A DNA stretch of 64,000 nt from the human T2T-CHM13v2.0 reference genome, Homo sapiens (GCA_009914755.4 CP068257.2:44896001-44960000); one strand, 5' to 3'; positions 16,886 through 31,940 are shown, counted from the stretch's first letter. Numbers and translations are program-made. The notes: a model not told the origin generated them from the letters alone.

Positions 16886-17516
16886 TGTTTACTCTGTATT
16901 GCTAGTATGTAGAAATCAAATGGTGTTTGTATGTTGATATATTTAGCAGCCTTGCTAAATTCAGTTACAAAAGATTCATAAGCTACACCATCGTGTCATC
17001 TGCAAATAATGGTAGTTATATTTCCAGTTGTTCAGCTTTTTCTCCCTTTTTGCACTGGCTAAGCCTTTCAGTAAAATGCTGAAAACAGACATCCTTTACT
17101 TACTTCTCTCAGAGGGGAAGCTTTCAATATCCAACCATTAATTATGATATTTCCTGTTGGGTTTCTAAAGATGCCCCTTATCACATTAAGGAAGTATGTT
17201 TCCTTTTATTCTGAGTTTAAGAAGAATTTCAAAAATCATTTAAAATCATTTTAAAATCATGAATGATTTAAACTGTTTTTCTTTTCTTCCATCTATTGAT
17301 ATGATTGTTTTATTTTTCACCTTTATTTTGTTAATGTGGCAAATTATGTGGGTTTTCTGTTGAACCTCTTTGCATTCCTGAGATAAAACTGACTTGGTCA
17401 TGATGCATTATTCTTTTTATGTAGCTGGATTCAGTTTGAAATTCTTTATGCATTACAATTATTAACACCTTAAACTGACCTTTTAAAATAGGCTAAAACA
17501 GTGGTTTGAGTTGAGG

Positions 17517-18003
<487 letters not shown>

Positions 18004-18721
18004 TGATAGGCTGCTTGGTGAGGGGGTGTTAAGGCTCCTTCAAGTGTGGGGGGTTAGACTCAGATTTCTCAGTCTTCCTGTCCCATGGTCACCCCTGCCT
18101 CTGTCGTCCTCTCTAGACACCCCCAGTCCTCTAGGCTTTTCCTTTCTCTATTGTCCTGTCTTCCTCAGTGAAGCTCTCCCCTATTGAGTGCTTATGAGCA
18201 TAGCAGCTGCGCCAGGAGGGGTGTGTGGTGGGAAGGACCTCAGGGGATAAGAGCTGGTTCCTGGGCCCTGTGCCTGGCGTGAGGTCCTGATGGCTTTCCA
18301 AGTAAAGAATGGATGGCATTGATACCCGGATCACCTTTGGATCTGTTGCTTTGGTTTATATTGTCTCTTGATTTTTGGTCAGGGGAACTTCTCTTTGGGG
18401 ATGGCTGGTATTTTAACATCTTAAATTTAACATATTAAATTAGGAATTTAACATGTTAAAACAAAGATATGACCCATTTCATGAATTGTTGTAAAGATTA
18501 AAGAAATTATGTGCTACTCTTACAAATGATGTAATTGAGGGATATTTAACGTAATGAAAATCCATTTACAATGCAATATTAATTTAAAAAGTAGGGTGAA
18601 GTATCTCATTTCTTGAAAATTTTACAGGCATGTATACGTGTTTATATGTGTATAGCTGTATATATATGCACACATATGTACATATACATATGTATACCAA
18701 ATACTGACTTTTTCTGCTTGC

Positions 18722-19020
<299 letters not shown>

Positions 19021-19267
19021 TAGTCCAGATTTTCTGTAATAAAATCCTATTTTATTTTTGTATTAAGAAAAATAAATCTGTAAGCTATTTTTAAGAGAAA
19101 ACAATGATGTTCATTACAACATTGTGCAGAATAGTTATTAGTTGGAAACTACCTAAATTTCCACTAATGGGGTAATGGTATATTTCGGGGTATTTTGGTT
19201 TCTACATTAAAATGTTAATTACTTGTTTCTTAAATTTTACATTGCTTAGTATTTTTATTTTGTTTTA

Positions 19268-19359
19268 GGTAAACTTTGGAGTCGGAGTTTAAAACTAGCT
19301 TATACTCTACTTAATAAACTGACAAGTAAGAATGAACCTCTACTTAAACCTGGAGACAG
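19268..19359 (+). CDS. DIP2A: DIP2-family coding exon 2: (G)KLWSRSLKLAYTLLNKLTSKNEPLLKPGDR
   Basis: Acceptor ttttgttttag|GTAAAC. Donor AGA|gtaagt at 19360. 92 nt, phase 2 in, phase 0 out. Confidence 0.8.
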
Positions 19360-19494
19360 AGTAAGTAACTAGAATGTCACTTTGTTGGAAGGAGCAAAAG
19401 CAGGGACTTAAATAATCTGTTTCATTGAAATTAGTGTTCTATCATTTAGTTAGAATTACAGCATTAATACAAGGGATTTAAAATCAGCAGTGAG

Positions 19495-19809
<315 letters not shown>

Positions 19810-22301
19810 TTAAATATGGCAAAGTTTGTGATGTAGAGTAAAGCAGCATTCTTTTTCTGCACTCGTTGTTTCATTGTTTGTCCACTGTTTCTTCATCTTC
19901 TTTTCTGTTTGACTTCATATATGTTGATATTAAAAATGTTAGATTCCAGAGCTTAGATTTTATGAATTAAAATCTGAAGGTCTGAAACCCTGCTGTGAAA
20001 TTCTGTATTTTTATCTCCTTCCCTATTCTATGTGTCCAGGTAACCTCCTTGTACCTATCTGCCAAAATAGGATGCTGGAGACTTATTCTCTTGTGCTACA
20101 CTGCCCTATATGGTTGGCAGTAGCCATTTGGGGCTATTTAAATTAACCAAAATTAAATAAAATAAAAAATTTAGTTTCTTGGTTGCACAAGCCACATTTC
20201 AAGGGCTCAGTAGGAGTGTGGCTAGTAGCTACTGTATTTATAGATCAGAGGTAGAACATTTCTGTCATCATAGAAACTTCTGTTGGACAGTACTACTGTA
20301 GGCAAGCTGGACCAGACCGGAGGACCCTGGTATACTAGAAAGTCCAGGGTGGAAAATAGGAGAACATGGTGAAAATCAACATACCAGTGAAATCCCCTAG
20401 TGAGAAGGTCACCTGTGTCAGATCACCCAACAAGGAAACTGCAGGTTAACAAGCTGGCAGACAGTTCCAAGTAGCTCTTTCAGTGCCTAAGTCTTTAATA
20501 TGAACTATTAGCCAAGGACTTTTAAGAAGGAAATGTCAATATGAGAGAAAATACCAAAAGACAAAGAAAAGGGAAGGGAAGAGAGGGAGTGAGAAAGAGA
20601 CAAGAAAAGTAAGGAAGGGAGGAAAGAGGAAACAACAAGGAAAGCTAGATACAGAAAACAATGTTTCTAAAAAGTGAGTATTAATATTCTTGGAAATCAG
20701 AGATGAAGATGTTTCATAAGTCAAGAAAAGGATGCCGGTAGGAAAGACTAAGAGATGGAGAGCGGAGTAAAATAGGACAAAAAGACTCGATCAAGAAGAC
20801 ACAACACCTGACTGATAACTGGAGTCGAGAAAGAGAAAGGAGAACAGAAAGTAGAACATTTTAAATGAAAATAGTAATTCAGGACAATATCCCGGACCTG
20901 GAGAGTGTAAACATTCAAGGATGCACACCAAAACGCATGCCCATAATATTGCATAATACGAGGGGTACAGAAAAGAATCCCAGAGCTTTCAGGGGAAAAG
21001 TAGGATGTACACAAAGGATTGGCAATGACAGTGGCTTTTGGGATTTCTCATTGGTAAAACTGAAAGAGAGTGGAATGATGCTTCAGACATTCAGAGGGAA
21101 TATAATTTTAACTTAAAATTCTGTTCCCAAAGATTCAACAGATTTGAGAATAGTATAGCCATTTTCAGACATGCAGGACTCAGAAACGTTTGGCTCGCAA
21201 GCACTTTCTTGTCAAGTTCTTAGAAGATGTCCCTCAGCCACATGAGTGAGTGAGTGAGTAGGGTGCAAGCAGGAGGACCACAGTGGAGGCCCCAGGACGA
21301 TCACTGGCAAGTCCAGGGGGGGCAGCAGAGCCACCATCAGGAGAACCAAGACTCCAGGGTGGGGTGGAATCCTCAGCACCCACCATCAGGAGAACCGAGA
21401 CCCTCAGCAGTGGAGTCCTCAGCAGCAGGGGACACTCACGGCTCTCCTGAGTGGGTGGTTATTTGGAAAATGACCCACCAGTAGGTGGGTATTTGACCCA
21501 GCTGAGGGAGTATTTTAAAACAAATTAGCTAGAGAATACACAGAAAGCAACGCAAGTAGAAATGGAGGTAGCTGTTATCAGAAAAGAAAGGAAATGTGTA
21601 CTTGGCTATAAAAATGTAAACAGTTTAAGAATAATACTTTATGATATGTTGTGCTCATAGATGAGATTTTATGCAACGCTTTAGAATGAATTCAAGAATC
21701 ACTAATTTTCTTGAAAAACATTCTTACAAGGATAAAGACTTTCAGATTCTTGACTTGCAAGAGAATCTCTTTGGTTAGGTGAATCATAATAAAATGGACA
21801 AGGTCACAGTGATTGAGTTGAAGAAATTGGTGGCAAATTCTGCCTCCTATAATATTACACTTTATAAAAGTGAGCACAGCTCTTCCTAACAAATTCTGTA
21901 AAAATATACTTTCCATACCAAACATCTAGTCTGAAGGTTATAGGTTACATTCTGGGCAACCACTGTTAAAACCAAATTTTGAAGGAGAACCTTGCCCTTT
22001 TCAACAAACAAACTTGTTAGAAACTAAATTTCCAGACCTCAAGTACAGAATATAGATACAGCTTAAATTTTGTCTTACAAAGTCAGCACTTATTGGTTAT
22101 TCATTGTTGCGTGTTCTCAAAGGCCCTGAGTCAACTGTCTCTACTCAGTTAAATACTATTTGGACTTGTCCCTTATGGTTTCAAGCACAATTATTACAAT
22201 ATTTGGGGCTTACAAAAATTTTATTTATAACTAGCTTTTAATTTAACTAGATATTGTAAAAATTGGAAATTTGGAATATTCATTTCTTTGTCCTGTTGTA
22301 G

Positions 22302-22412
22302 GTGGCGCTCGTGTTTCCGAATAGTGACCCTGTGATGTTCATGGTTGCATTTTATGGGTGTCTCCTGGCAGAGCTGGTTCCTGTCCCCATAGAAGTGCCA
22401 TTAACAAGAAAG
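22302..22412 (+). CDS. DIP2A: DIP2-family coding exon 3: VALVFPNSDPVMFMVAFYGCLLAELVPVPIEVPLTRK (start of first adenylate-forming domain)
   Basis: Acceptor tcctgttgtag|GTGGCG. Donor AAG|gtagca. 111 nt, phase 0. Confidence 0.88.
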
Positions 22413-23698
22413 GTAGCAAACCCATGGCTCAGGTCCCGTGTGGTTCGCTTCTGAACTTGATACCAGCAGTATCTTACTTCCTTTTCACTCATGTGGGCAG
22501 GCAGCAAGCAGCTGTTTTGACAGAGGAGAGAAAGCTAGTAGTCAACAGGCTGGCCAGGACTCAAGAGAAATCAGATGCCGTTTTGCCTGCCTCTCTTCTT
22601 GTTAATGAGAGGGGCACTGAGAACCGTTTTGCTGGTGATGCTCCCACACCACACTCTTATTAGGTGGAGCTGTTCTATCATCTACATGAATTTCCCAACA
22701 GAAATGATAGCCATTTTTTCCTCTAATGAATAGAATTATGATTCAATAAGATTTTGTTCAACTTTTCCTCAAAACCATATGTTTATAGAAAATAATTATT
22801 ATTTCTTAGGGATAAATATATCATTACAGTGATATAGCTCACTTCTCAGTGGCAGTTTTGAATAAACGAGATGGAAATTATCTTGCATTTCTGTTCACTT
22901 ATATGACCGTAGGCAGTTTCTGTTGCTGATAAATTATTAATGTGGGGTCTTGCTGATCTAGGTATCTGTAACATTTTTGATATAACTATCAATAATATGA
23001 TTACTGAAAAAAAATAGACAAGGCATGAATTTGAGAAAATCAGTTTTCTGTCATCCTGTCCCAGAATTCAGGCAGTTGTTAACAGGAGCATTATCCAGAA
23101 ATATTCAAGAATCCCAAAAGTAAAATTTGCAAATCAAACTAGTGTATCTCAAAGCATAATATGTGATGGGCAGGTATTTGAATGCAGTGGTTCTTAGGAG
23201 TAAAACTAGAGATTTGTCAAATTTATATGAAGAAAATGACAGAATACTGCTGAGGGACACAGAAGACTTGGCTACAAGGAAATGTGTTTCTGTGTGGAAA
23301 TAATTTAATATCGTTAGTGACCAGGCCTCTCTAGATTAATTTGTAAATTTCAAACATGATTCAATAGAAATTTCAATGCCATTAACTTTGGAGTTTATTA
23401 AAAATGCTTCTAAATGTCATTTGTAAGAATAAACTTTGAGAAATTAGCCCATTAAACTTTATATTTCAACACAAATACAAACCAAAATTATCTTTTAAAT
23501 TTAAACATAGTTGTCACATTTTCATGAACTATTTCCGTGAAAAGATCATATATATCAATAATGGGACTGAATTATTCTGGAAGTTTTATGAGTGATGAAA
23601 AAAAGATCTGTTCTCTGTGCATGGCCTGGAGCACCAAGGGTCTGGGGCTGTGGCTGCTGTGAGCACCCCACCCCACACGGTCACTCTGCTTTCTGCAG

Positions 23699-23822
23699 GA
23701 TGCAGGCAGCCAGCAGGTTGGGTTTCTGCTGGGCAGCTGTGGAGTCTTCTTGGCCCTGACCACAGACGCTTGTCAGAAAGGCCTCCCCAAGGCACAGACA
23801 GGAGAGGTGGCAGCTTTCAAAG
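23699..23822 (+). CDS. DIP2A: DIP2-family coding exon 4: DAGSQQVGFLLGSCGVFLALTTDACQKGLPKAQTGEVAAFK(G)
   Basis: Acceptor ctttctgcag|GATGCA. Donor AAAG|gtgagg. 124 nt. Confidence 0.88.
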
Positions 23823-24177
23823 GTGAGGCCTCCCAAGGGAAGGGGAGTCAGTGTTCTGACTGTGGTCTGTGTTAAATGCATGGTGTTCCAGAAATTAAAC
23901 ATGACAGAGGTGTCTGGGTCTTCAGCAAAAGTGATCCCTTGTTCGAGTCCTTGGTGAATCTCGGTTTTCATCTGGCTTCATGTCTCGACCTGTACTGTCT
24001 AATGTGGTAGCCACTGGCCGGATGTACCTTTTTAAATTATATAAAATGAAATGAGACTAAAACTTGCACTCCTTATTCGCTCAGTAGCTAGTGCTGCATG
24101 TTGGAGGCGCAGGCTTCGAGTGTGGGGAGCAGATGCCTCTGACTGCTTGCTGTTCTGTGTCCTGTCTGTGTGTCACA

Positions 24178-24287
24178 GGTTGGCCCCCGCTCTCCTGGCT
24201 AGTGATTGATGGGAAGCATCTAGCCAAGCCCCCAAAGGACTGGCACCCTCTGGCCCAGGACACAGGGACTGGGACTGCCTACATTGA
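24178..24287 (+). CDS. DIP2A: DIP2-family coding exon 5: (G)WPPLSWLVIDGKHLAKPPKDWHPLAQDTGTGTAYIE
   Basis: Acceptor tgtgtcacag|GTTGGC. Donor GAG|gtaatg. 110 nt. Confidence 0.88.
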
Positions 24288-24759
24288 GGTAATGACTGTT
24301 CCTAACTTAGAGAATGTAAAAACATGTCCCACAGGCTTAAGTCTTGCTTTTCATAAGAATGTAAGTTGCTATTCTTTTTTGTTAAGTTTCGGCCTAAGAG
24401 TTCTTGTTTTATCTCTGCCCTGGAAATACAGAGTGTCATATAAATCCTTGCTCAGATCCTTCCAGGTTTCTCTCTCATCTAATTCTCTCCTAACTGGCTC
24501 CCTGGGGATGCAGACAGTTATGAGGGAGCCCATGGCGCACCATTACCCTCGGGCACCTGCCCAAGAGGAGCCACAACTTCCACTGAAGCATCCCCTCAGC
24601 GGCCAGGGTTTTGCCATGTACCTGGGCTGCTGGTTAGAGGCCGATGGTTAGAGGAGAGACACTGACCACTTCTTCTTTTGAAGATTCTACCAGTTTCCAT
24701 TCTGTCTGTTGTCACCTCTAGAAATACCACATCATGTTTTTTTCCTTGAAATCTTTCAG

Positions 24760-24862
24760 TATAAAACCAGCAAAGAAGGCAGTACGGTGGGGGTCACAGT
24801 GTCCCACGCATCCCTGCTGGCACAGTGCCGGGCTCTGACCCAGGCGTGCGGGTACTCAGAAG
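24760..24862 (+). CDS. DIP2A: DIP2-family coding exon 6: YKTSKEGSTVGVTVSHASLLAQCRALTQACGYSE(A); degenerate AMP-binding core motif
   Basis: Acceptor aatctttcag|TATAAA. Donor GAAG|gtaagg. In frame with ORF-track 24709..24969. Confidence 0.88.
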
Positions 24863-25615
24863 GTAAGGGCTCTCGGGGGTGGGGCGGTGGCCCCTCCAGC
24901 CTCACACAGATACCTGACGTACCTAATCATGTGACTGTCACTGCACCTGTCAAAACCACCCCTGGGTAGTGCCTTTGCCCATTAATCCAGGTCATGCCAG
25001 GTAGGGAGATGCACTGTCTTTAGCATGCTTACAGGGTCTCTGTGGTTGTGCTGGCCAAGAGGGCACACGGTGTCTCTTAGCAGAGTCCAGACAACCCCAT
25101 CAGGGTTGTTTTCAGTAAATGCACATGGATGTTGATTTTATGGAACATGGAACCTATATCCCACTGATTGATTTATACACAGTGCTGGGTTCACAGGCCT
25201 GCCCTGGGGGGCTGGCTTACTCTGTGACATACTGAGGGTCAGGGCATTTTTCATTCAAAAAGAGGAAAACACTTTTAGTTTTCTATTACTTTATCTATGA
25301 CTGTAGTTTTGACCTCAGCTGTCATGGATATAAATATGTAAGTAGAATCTTTATGGTTATAGATGATCTGTTGATAAAGTATAGTCAGCACCTGATTTAC
25401 TTCAAATGTCAGATACTTAACTTGAGATATCTTTAAATTAATATTATTTAATTGATAAGTACTAATTGTATATATTTATGGGGTACACTGTGACAAATAA
25501 TTTTAAAAACTGTAAAAATGGACTCAGTAGTTTTCTTACATTGTAATACTAGAATTGAACAAAACTACTGAGTGAAATTGAATGGTATGTCTAAATATCT
25601 AAAATATAGGTGTTC

Positions 25616-25742
25616 AGGCCAGGTGCAGTGGTTCATACCAGTAATCCCACCACTTTGGTAGGCTAAAGCAGGAGGAACACTTGAGGTCAAGAGTTTGAGA
25701 GCAGCCTGGACAACATAGTGAGACCCTGTCTCTACAAAAAAA
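25616..25742 (+). mobile_element. Alu left-monomer-length element (FLAM-like or truncated Alu) with A-rich tail
   Basis: CAGGCCAGGTGCAGTGGTTCATACCAGTAATCCCACCACTTTGG...GAGACCCTGTCTCTACAAAAAAA. Only about 127 nt. Confidence 0.65.
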
Positions 25743-25973
25743 GGGAGAAATTTTAAATAGAATTTTAAAAAAAGAAAAAAATATAGGTGTTTAAAAGCAA
25801 GGGTGTAAGTTGAGGGCACAGCTAAAGCTTTTACTTGAGATTTGGAAAGTGATTTTAGGTATTTTTTAAGGGCTTTATTAAAAAAGTTAGATCTTTCAGA
25901 TCAAGCCCCGTGACTTTCTTTGTCTTCGGCTCAGAGCTGATCTTACATATGTCACCTACAATTTGGGTTCTTT

Positions 25974-26290
25974 AGCCAGGCGTGGTGATGTGTGCCTATA
26001 GTCCCAGCTACTCGGGAAGCTGAGGTAAGAGGACCGCCTGAGCCCAGGAGTTTTGGGCTGTAGTGGGCTGTGCTAACCAGGTATCTGCACGAAGTTTGGC
26101 AGCAACATGGTGACCTTCTAGGAGTGGGGAACCACCAGCTTGCTAAGGAGGGGTGAACCGACCCAAGTAGGAAAGGGAGCAGGTCAAAACTCCCATGCCA
26201 ATGAGTAATGGGATTGTGCCTATGAATATTCACTGCACTGCAGCCTGGCAACGTAATAAGACCTCGTCTCTAAATAATAATGATAATAAT
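25974..26290 (+). pseudogene. 7SL (SRP) RNA-derived retropseudogene, near full length (about 300 nt) with A-rich tail; retains the 7SL S-domain that Alu lacks
   Basis: The Alu-like 5' part runs into GGGCTGTAGTGgGCTgTGCtaAcCAGGTaTCtGCACgAAGTTtGGCAgCAAcATGGTGACCTtCtaGGAGtGGGGaACCACCAGcTTGCtAAGGAGGGGTGAACCGaCCcAaGTaGGAAAgGGAGCAGGTCAAAACTCCCaTGCcaATgAGTAaTGGGATtGtGCCTaTGAATAttCACTGCACTgCAGCCTGGcAAC, which matches the 7SL RNA central domain. Ends in taaataataatgataataat. Confidence 0.8.
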
Positions 26291-26800
26291 TTGTGTTCTT
26301 AACCAACAGAGAAAGGGTGTTTATAGTACTGTTATTCATGGTGCAACAGCATTTCCTGGCACACAAATCAAACCTCTCCTGTTTGCCTTTGGAGTGCTGT
26401 GGCCTTTGGCGAGAAGCCAGGTCTGCCCACAGCCCCAGGCTCTGTCCTTTCTGCCTGTGCAAGGTGGGAGCCGGATATTAGAGAAGACTTGGCCAGGGGC
26501 TCTGAGCAGAGAGCTGTGCTGGGAACCCTCAGGACCCCTATCCACTCCAGCTTCCTAAGATGTGTTAGCTGCATACCTCTGGGTGAGAAAACGGGCAGAG
26601 GAAGAGTGACTTTCCGAAGGGTGATGCGAACCACCAGCTCTTACAGAGGGGAGATGCCGGATCACGGCCTCTGGGTGTGAGAATTGAGGAGATGTGGTGT
26701 AGAGTTGAGAAGTAAGAATATCCCTGACAGTTTTTCATCCCCACCTCTTGATTCTGAGAAGAATACCCACTCAAAAATATCTGATGAGAAGATGTGGAGA

Positions 26801-27207
<407 letters not shown>

Positions 27208-27402
27208 CTACTTTTATGTGTTTCCAGTAATTTGAATAGATAACCAGGATTATTATTAATTGGTATGTGGTATTTGGAAATGCTGTATCTGTTCCTGAAA
27301 CTTACATGTTGATGACGTACTCACCTCAGAATTTCTCTAGAAAATGCATAGGGCTTATTGAGAGGGTTGCTCAGTGGTGTCACCTTCTTTGTCCACTTGC
27401 AG

Positions 27403-27467
27403 CTGAAACATTAACAAACGTGCTGGATTTCAAAAGGGATGCTGGTCTGTGGCATGGCGTGTTAACA
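27403..27467 (+). CDS. DIP2A: DIP2-family coding exon 7: (A)ETLTNVLDFKRDAGLWHGVLT
   Basis: Acceptor ccacttgcag|CTGAAA. Donor ACA|gtgagt. 65 nt. Confidence 0.85.
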
Positions 27468-27624
27468 GTGAGTGTTGTTTGCTGATGACTAACTGTTGGA
27501 ACAAGGGATTGAGATGAACCCAAGCCTCTGCCTGAAATGTTGTTGGGAGAGTACATCGGTTTTGTTTTGCTTTTTCTGGTGTGGCTCGGGCCCACTCGCC
27601 CTAAGCATGTGTGCTCCCCCACAG

Positions 27625-27718
27625 AGCGTCATGAACAGGATGCACGTGGTCAGCGTCCCCTACGCGCTGATGAAGGCGAACCCACTCTCCTGGATCCAGA
27701 AAGTGTGCTTCTATAAAG
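27625..27718 (+). CDS. DIP2A: DIP2-family coding exon 8: SVMNRMHVVSVPYALMKANPLSWIQKVCFYK(A)
   Basis: Acceptor ctcccccacag|AGCGTC. Donor AAAG|gtaacg. 94 nt. Confidence 0.88.
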
Positions 27719-28661
27719 GTAACGGATACCATGGTCAGGGCCTTCACCCTTCTTTAGGGAAATCTCTTTGAACTGACCTTTGGTGCTTAAGAAAAAATAA
27801 AGCTGACATGTGGAACTGCAGATGTAGGCTGAAGAGCTGTGGGACGTCTTTCTTGGTCACACCCCTGCCCAGGAATATGGGGGCTTTCTCTGCCTCTGGC
27901 ATGGCCCTCAGGGTTTCGTGGGTGATGTGGTAAGTAGGGCCACTTGGTGGGGTCTGGGCCTTACTTCTCTCAACGGTTGAGGTGCCTCCTGGGACCAAGC
28001 AGGAGGCCCCAGCATGGCCACACCTGCACAGTTGGCAGTCTGTGTCTCTGCCCTGTGGAGCTCAGTGGCACTTCTACCAGCCACTGAGGCACTGGATCAC
28101 CTGGGTCACCCATGTTGCCTTGTTCTACCTACTGGGCTGTGCCCCTCTAGACATGTCTCAGAGCAGTGTGGAGGGGCAGCTCTCTCTGTCTGTCCTACTT
28201 TATGGAGGGAAACTGAAGCTTGGGTAGGGGTGGGGGGATTGCTGGATTCCACATGCTAGCCAGTGCAGGGGCCAGACTGAGGCCTGAGACCATCTGTTTA
28301 GCTTCTGGGGTCCTCACACTTCTCAGCCAGCACCAGGGGTTTGGGGAAGGACAACATGAGATGAAGCGGGCAGATAGGAAAAGAGCAATATGGAGCTTCT
28401 AAGAAAAAATTAATGTTGGAAATGGATCTGAGGTTTTGATGTCTAAATTGTACCTCAGAGTTGATTTTTGTGGAAAAAGCTTTGAGGGTTTGTTAGACTG
28501 CATGTGAGAGACGGCTGCAGAGAGCTTGTGACCTGGGAGCTAAGTGTTGTGTCTGTCTGTGCATGTACACCTCTCTGTGGGATGAGGTACACGTGTCTGT
28601 AGGCGTGTGAGGGTGCCAGTCCTTGTGACGCAGGGATGTCTGTGCCATCCTCTCTCTGCAG

Positions 28662-28781
28662 CTCGGGCCGCGCTGGTGAAGTCGCGAGACATGCACTGGT
28701 CTCTCCTAGCTCAGCGGGGCCAGAGGGACGTCAGCCTCAGCTCACTGCGCATGCTGATTGTGGCCGATGGTGCCAACCCGT
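28662..28781 (+). CDS. DIP2A: DIP2-family coding exon 9: (A)RAALVKSRDMHWSLLAQRGQRDVSLSSLRMLIVADGANP(W)
   Basis: Acceptor tctctctgcag|CTCGGG. Donor CCGT|gtgagt. 120 nt. Confidence 0.86.
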
Positions 28782-30055
28782 GTGAGTGAGCCTGTGTGCC
28801 CGGCGCATACCCCACACAGTGTCCCCTCCTGCAAACCAAAGTAGAATACACTGAGAAGCAAAATGGAGGCATTTTCACTGCCATTGTCATATAGATACAC
28901 ATGTCCCATCGTTTCTATGACACGGAACATCTTGGTGATTCACTGGTTTATCCCATGCATGTTTATTAGGCCACTAAATTTAAAAGCAATTTTAATATGC
29001 TTGATGAAAGGTACATGCCTTAATGAGAGTCATCTTTCTTAAGAAATTACCAGATTGTGCTGTGGCCTGGGGTTCCTGTTTCTCTTTAGGCCTCATCCCC
29101 ACCCTCCTGCCCTTTGTCCTGGTGCCCCCACGTCTCTGGCTTCTGGCTTCACTTCTCCCACCAGGACCCAACCATTCTCCCTCCTGGTTTGCCTGGGTGT
29201 CCCCCACATCCTCCCAGGAGGAGCTCCCTATGGCTGCTGCCTGACCACGTAGGGCCTCCTGCGTACGGTGGTCTGAATGGGAACTGCTTTGTCAAGGCTG
29301 CACACGTGAGCTCTGGGGCCCAGGACTGTCCAGGGTCTGACTCAGTACCTCCTCTGGGGAAGCCTCAGGTGATGCTGGTCACACAGGGGCTCCTGTTGCA
29401 GCACACACCTGTTGACCAGGTATTAGGGGTTTTCTTGTTTGTTAACCTGCATCATTGTCTATGCACTGGAGACTACCCTGCATCAGAAGCTGATGTTTCA
29501 TCTTATCCCCTCTCCAGTGTGGCCGACACCCCATCTCTTGGGAGGTCACCCCACCTTTGAGCACCCCCAGAGCCTCTCATTCTCTTGGTCCACACCTGAG
29601 CCAGGCAGGGCCTGCTTCTGGGTTCTGCAGCACTGCTCAGGTCTCTGCGTCTCCACCCCAGGCGCACCGCCACTCCGTGGTCCCCATGGTGGAGTCAGAG
29701 TGTGCACCTCCTCTCCAGTGCCTCTTCCCATGGCACTCCCCTGTTGCTGCACCTGATCCTTGCAGTGCCGTGCAGCTTGTCTCCCACCACATGCAGCACC
29801 TTCCTGTCCCTAGTGATGCCCCTTCTGCCCTTTGGAGCACCAGACCATCCATGGCTGTCTGATTTCCTTTAAAGATACCATCTTCCTTGAAGAACATGAA
29901 GTCTGAGGGTACCTGTGAAGGGGCCCCTTCCTTCTGCTGATGCAGCCCTGTGGTTCCGATGGCCGCAGGCTGCGCTAACTTGAGCATGTCCAGCCAGCCC
30001 TTCCCTGCTGGCCCCCCAGTTAGTGCTGGCGTTCCACTCTTGTTGCTCTGTGCAG

Positions 30056-30170
30056 GGTCGATCTCCTCCTGTGACGCCTTCCTCAACGTCTTCCAGTCCA
30101 GAGGTCTGAGGCCAGAGGTCATCTGTCCTTGTGCAAGTTCTCCTGAGGCGCTGACTGTCGCCATCCGCAG
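30056..30170 (+). CDS. DIP2A: DIP2-family coding exon 10: (W)SISSCDAFLNVFQSRGLRPEVICPCASSPEALTVAIR(R)
   Basis: Acceptor ctctgtgcag|GGTCGA. Donor CGCAG|gtaacc. 115 nt. Confidence 0.86.
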
Positions 30171-30915
30171 GTAACCTTATTCCTTGCTATGTCTCATGAG
30201 CACTTAGTTGAATCTTCTGCATACAGCTGAGTTATCCTGGAGCTGTGCCTGTGCCTGTGCCTGTTAGGATCCAGGCCCATTTGTGCAGTAGTACCTTGGT
30301 GCCTGGCCCCCCACATTTTGCCGGCTTGGGTTTGTGTGGAGAATTGGGTAGGAACTTCCTGGGCCATACTCTGGATTCTTGCAGAATGCCGGCTTGCGAT
30401 TTTCCTGAGTGCTTCCCAAATTAGAAAGGCCTTGTCATCTCGTCTGTAGCTGTGGTAAACATTACAACCTAGGAACTCTTTCTTACTCTGAGGCAGGTGT
30501 CGGTCAGCCGTGGAGTCTGTGGGAACCACTGACCTGCCTGGAGAAGCACCCGGCCTGGTGCTTAGTGCCCGGCCACCCACCTCCCGGGAGGCCTGTGCTG
30601 CTCCTGTGGCGGTTTCCCTCATGTCATGTTTCTCAGCCTAGAGGGCATGTTGAGCCTGCAGACTGCCCTGAGTGTCCTTGTGTGTGGGTGCGGGGCTGCT
30701 GGTCCTTCCTGTGCTCCTCACTCCCCTCCTGAGGTTTCCTTTCCCCTCTTCTCACCTGCCCCACTCCCAGCTCCATCCTGTGGGTAGAACTCAGTGTGCT
30801 CACAGCTGAGGTGTCTTAGCCTCAATTGTAATCTTGTATTATAGTCATATATTCATAAATGGTATGTGTTTCCATATATGGAACTAACCCTAAGTTTTTA
30901 AAAGTAACCCTAACT

Positions 30916-31226
<311 letters not shown>

Positions 31227-31940
31227 CTATTTAATCACTTAACATTAAAAAAACGCTATTGTCGTCTACAAACTATAAATTATTCTTCATTCTTTTGTTC
31301 TATGGTGATTTGTTTTGCACAACTGTGTAATTTTTTTCATATTGGAGGAAACGCCTGTTGCTCAGTATTCCAGTTACTATTGTTGTATCACAAACAACAA
31401 CAGTCATTTTATTGTCTCTCATGCTTTCTGTGGGCCAGGAGCTTAGGAAGGCCTCTGCCAGGTGGTTCTGGCTTGCAGGAGATGGTGTTTGGAGGGAGCG
31501 GTGAGGGGCTGAGACAGCTTTGTGTGTGTACATCTCAGGCCCCCACCTGGTCTCTCAGAGTGAGCTGCTCTGGGCTTCCTTGCAGTGCAGTGGCCTCAAC
31601 ACCGTCCTTCTGTTTGCCGGGCTTCACAGGGCTCCAGGCGAGTGTCCCAAGACAATCGGGTAGAAGCTGAATTGACGTTACTGGCCTGCATTGGAAGTCA
31701 CACAGCATCACAACCACTGTAGTCACAGGCCCTTTTCCCACTGAGTGGAGTGTCGACGTCACATTGCAGAGGGGCATGTAGTTTGGAGACATTGCAGCAT
31801 CTTTAGAACATGCGTTTCTCACAAGTCTGTAACATGGAGCAGTGGCTTTGGTGCAGAATCATGCTGCAGGCAAGGTGGGCCCACCTCCCTGGAATTTCAT
31901 CCCCCTCGTCAGTTAAACCCATGGTGGTTTTATTTTCTAG

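Noticed and set aside
20536-20760. Polypurine GA-rich tract (gaaaagggaagggaagagagggagtgagaaagagacaag...) with a short minus-strand ORF
   Set aside because: It is low-complexity simple sequence and the ORF is a composition artefact. No regulatory role can be assigned from sequence alone.
24091-24651. 186-aa + ORF overlapping exon 5
   Set aside because: Only codons within 24178-24287 belong to the gene frame, bounded by good splice sites. The rest is intronic read-through in the same frame with no conservation-like signal.
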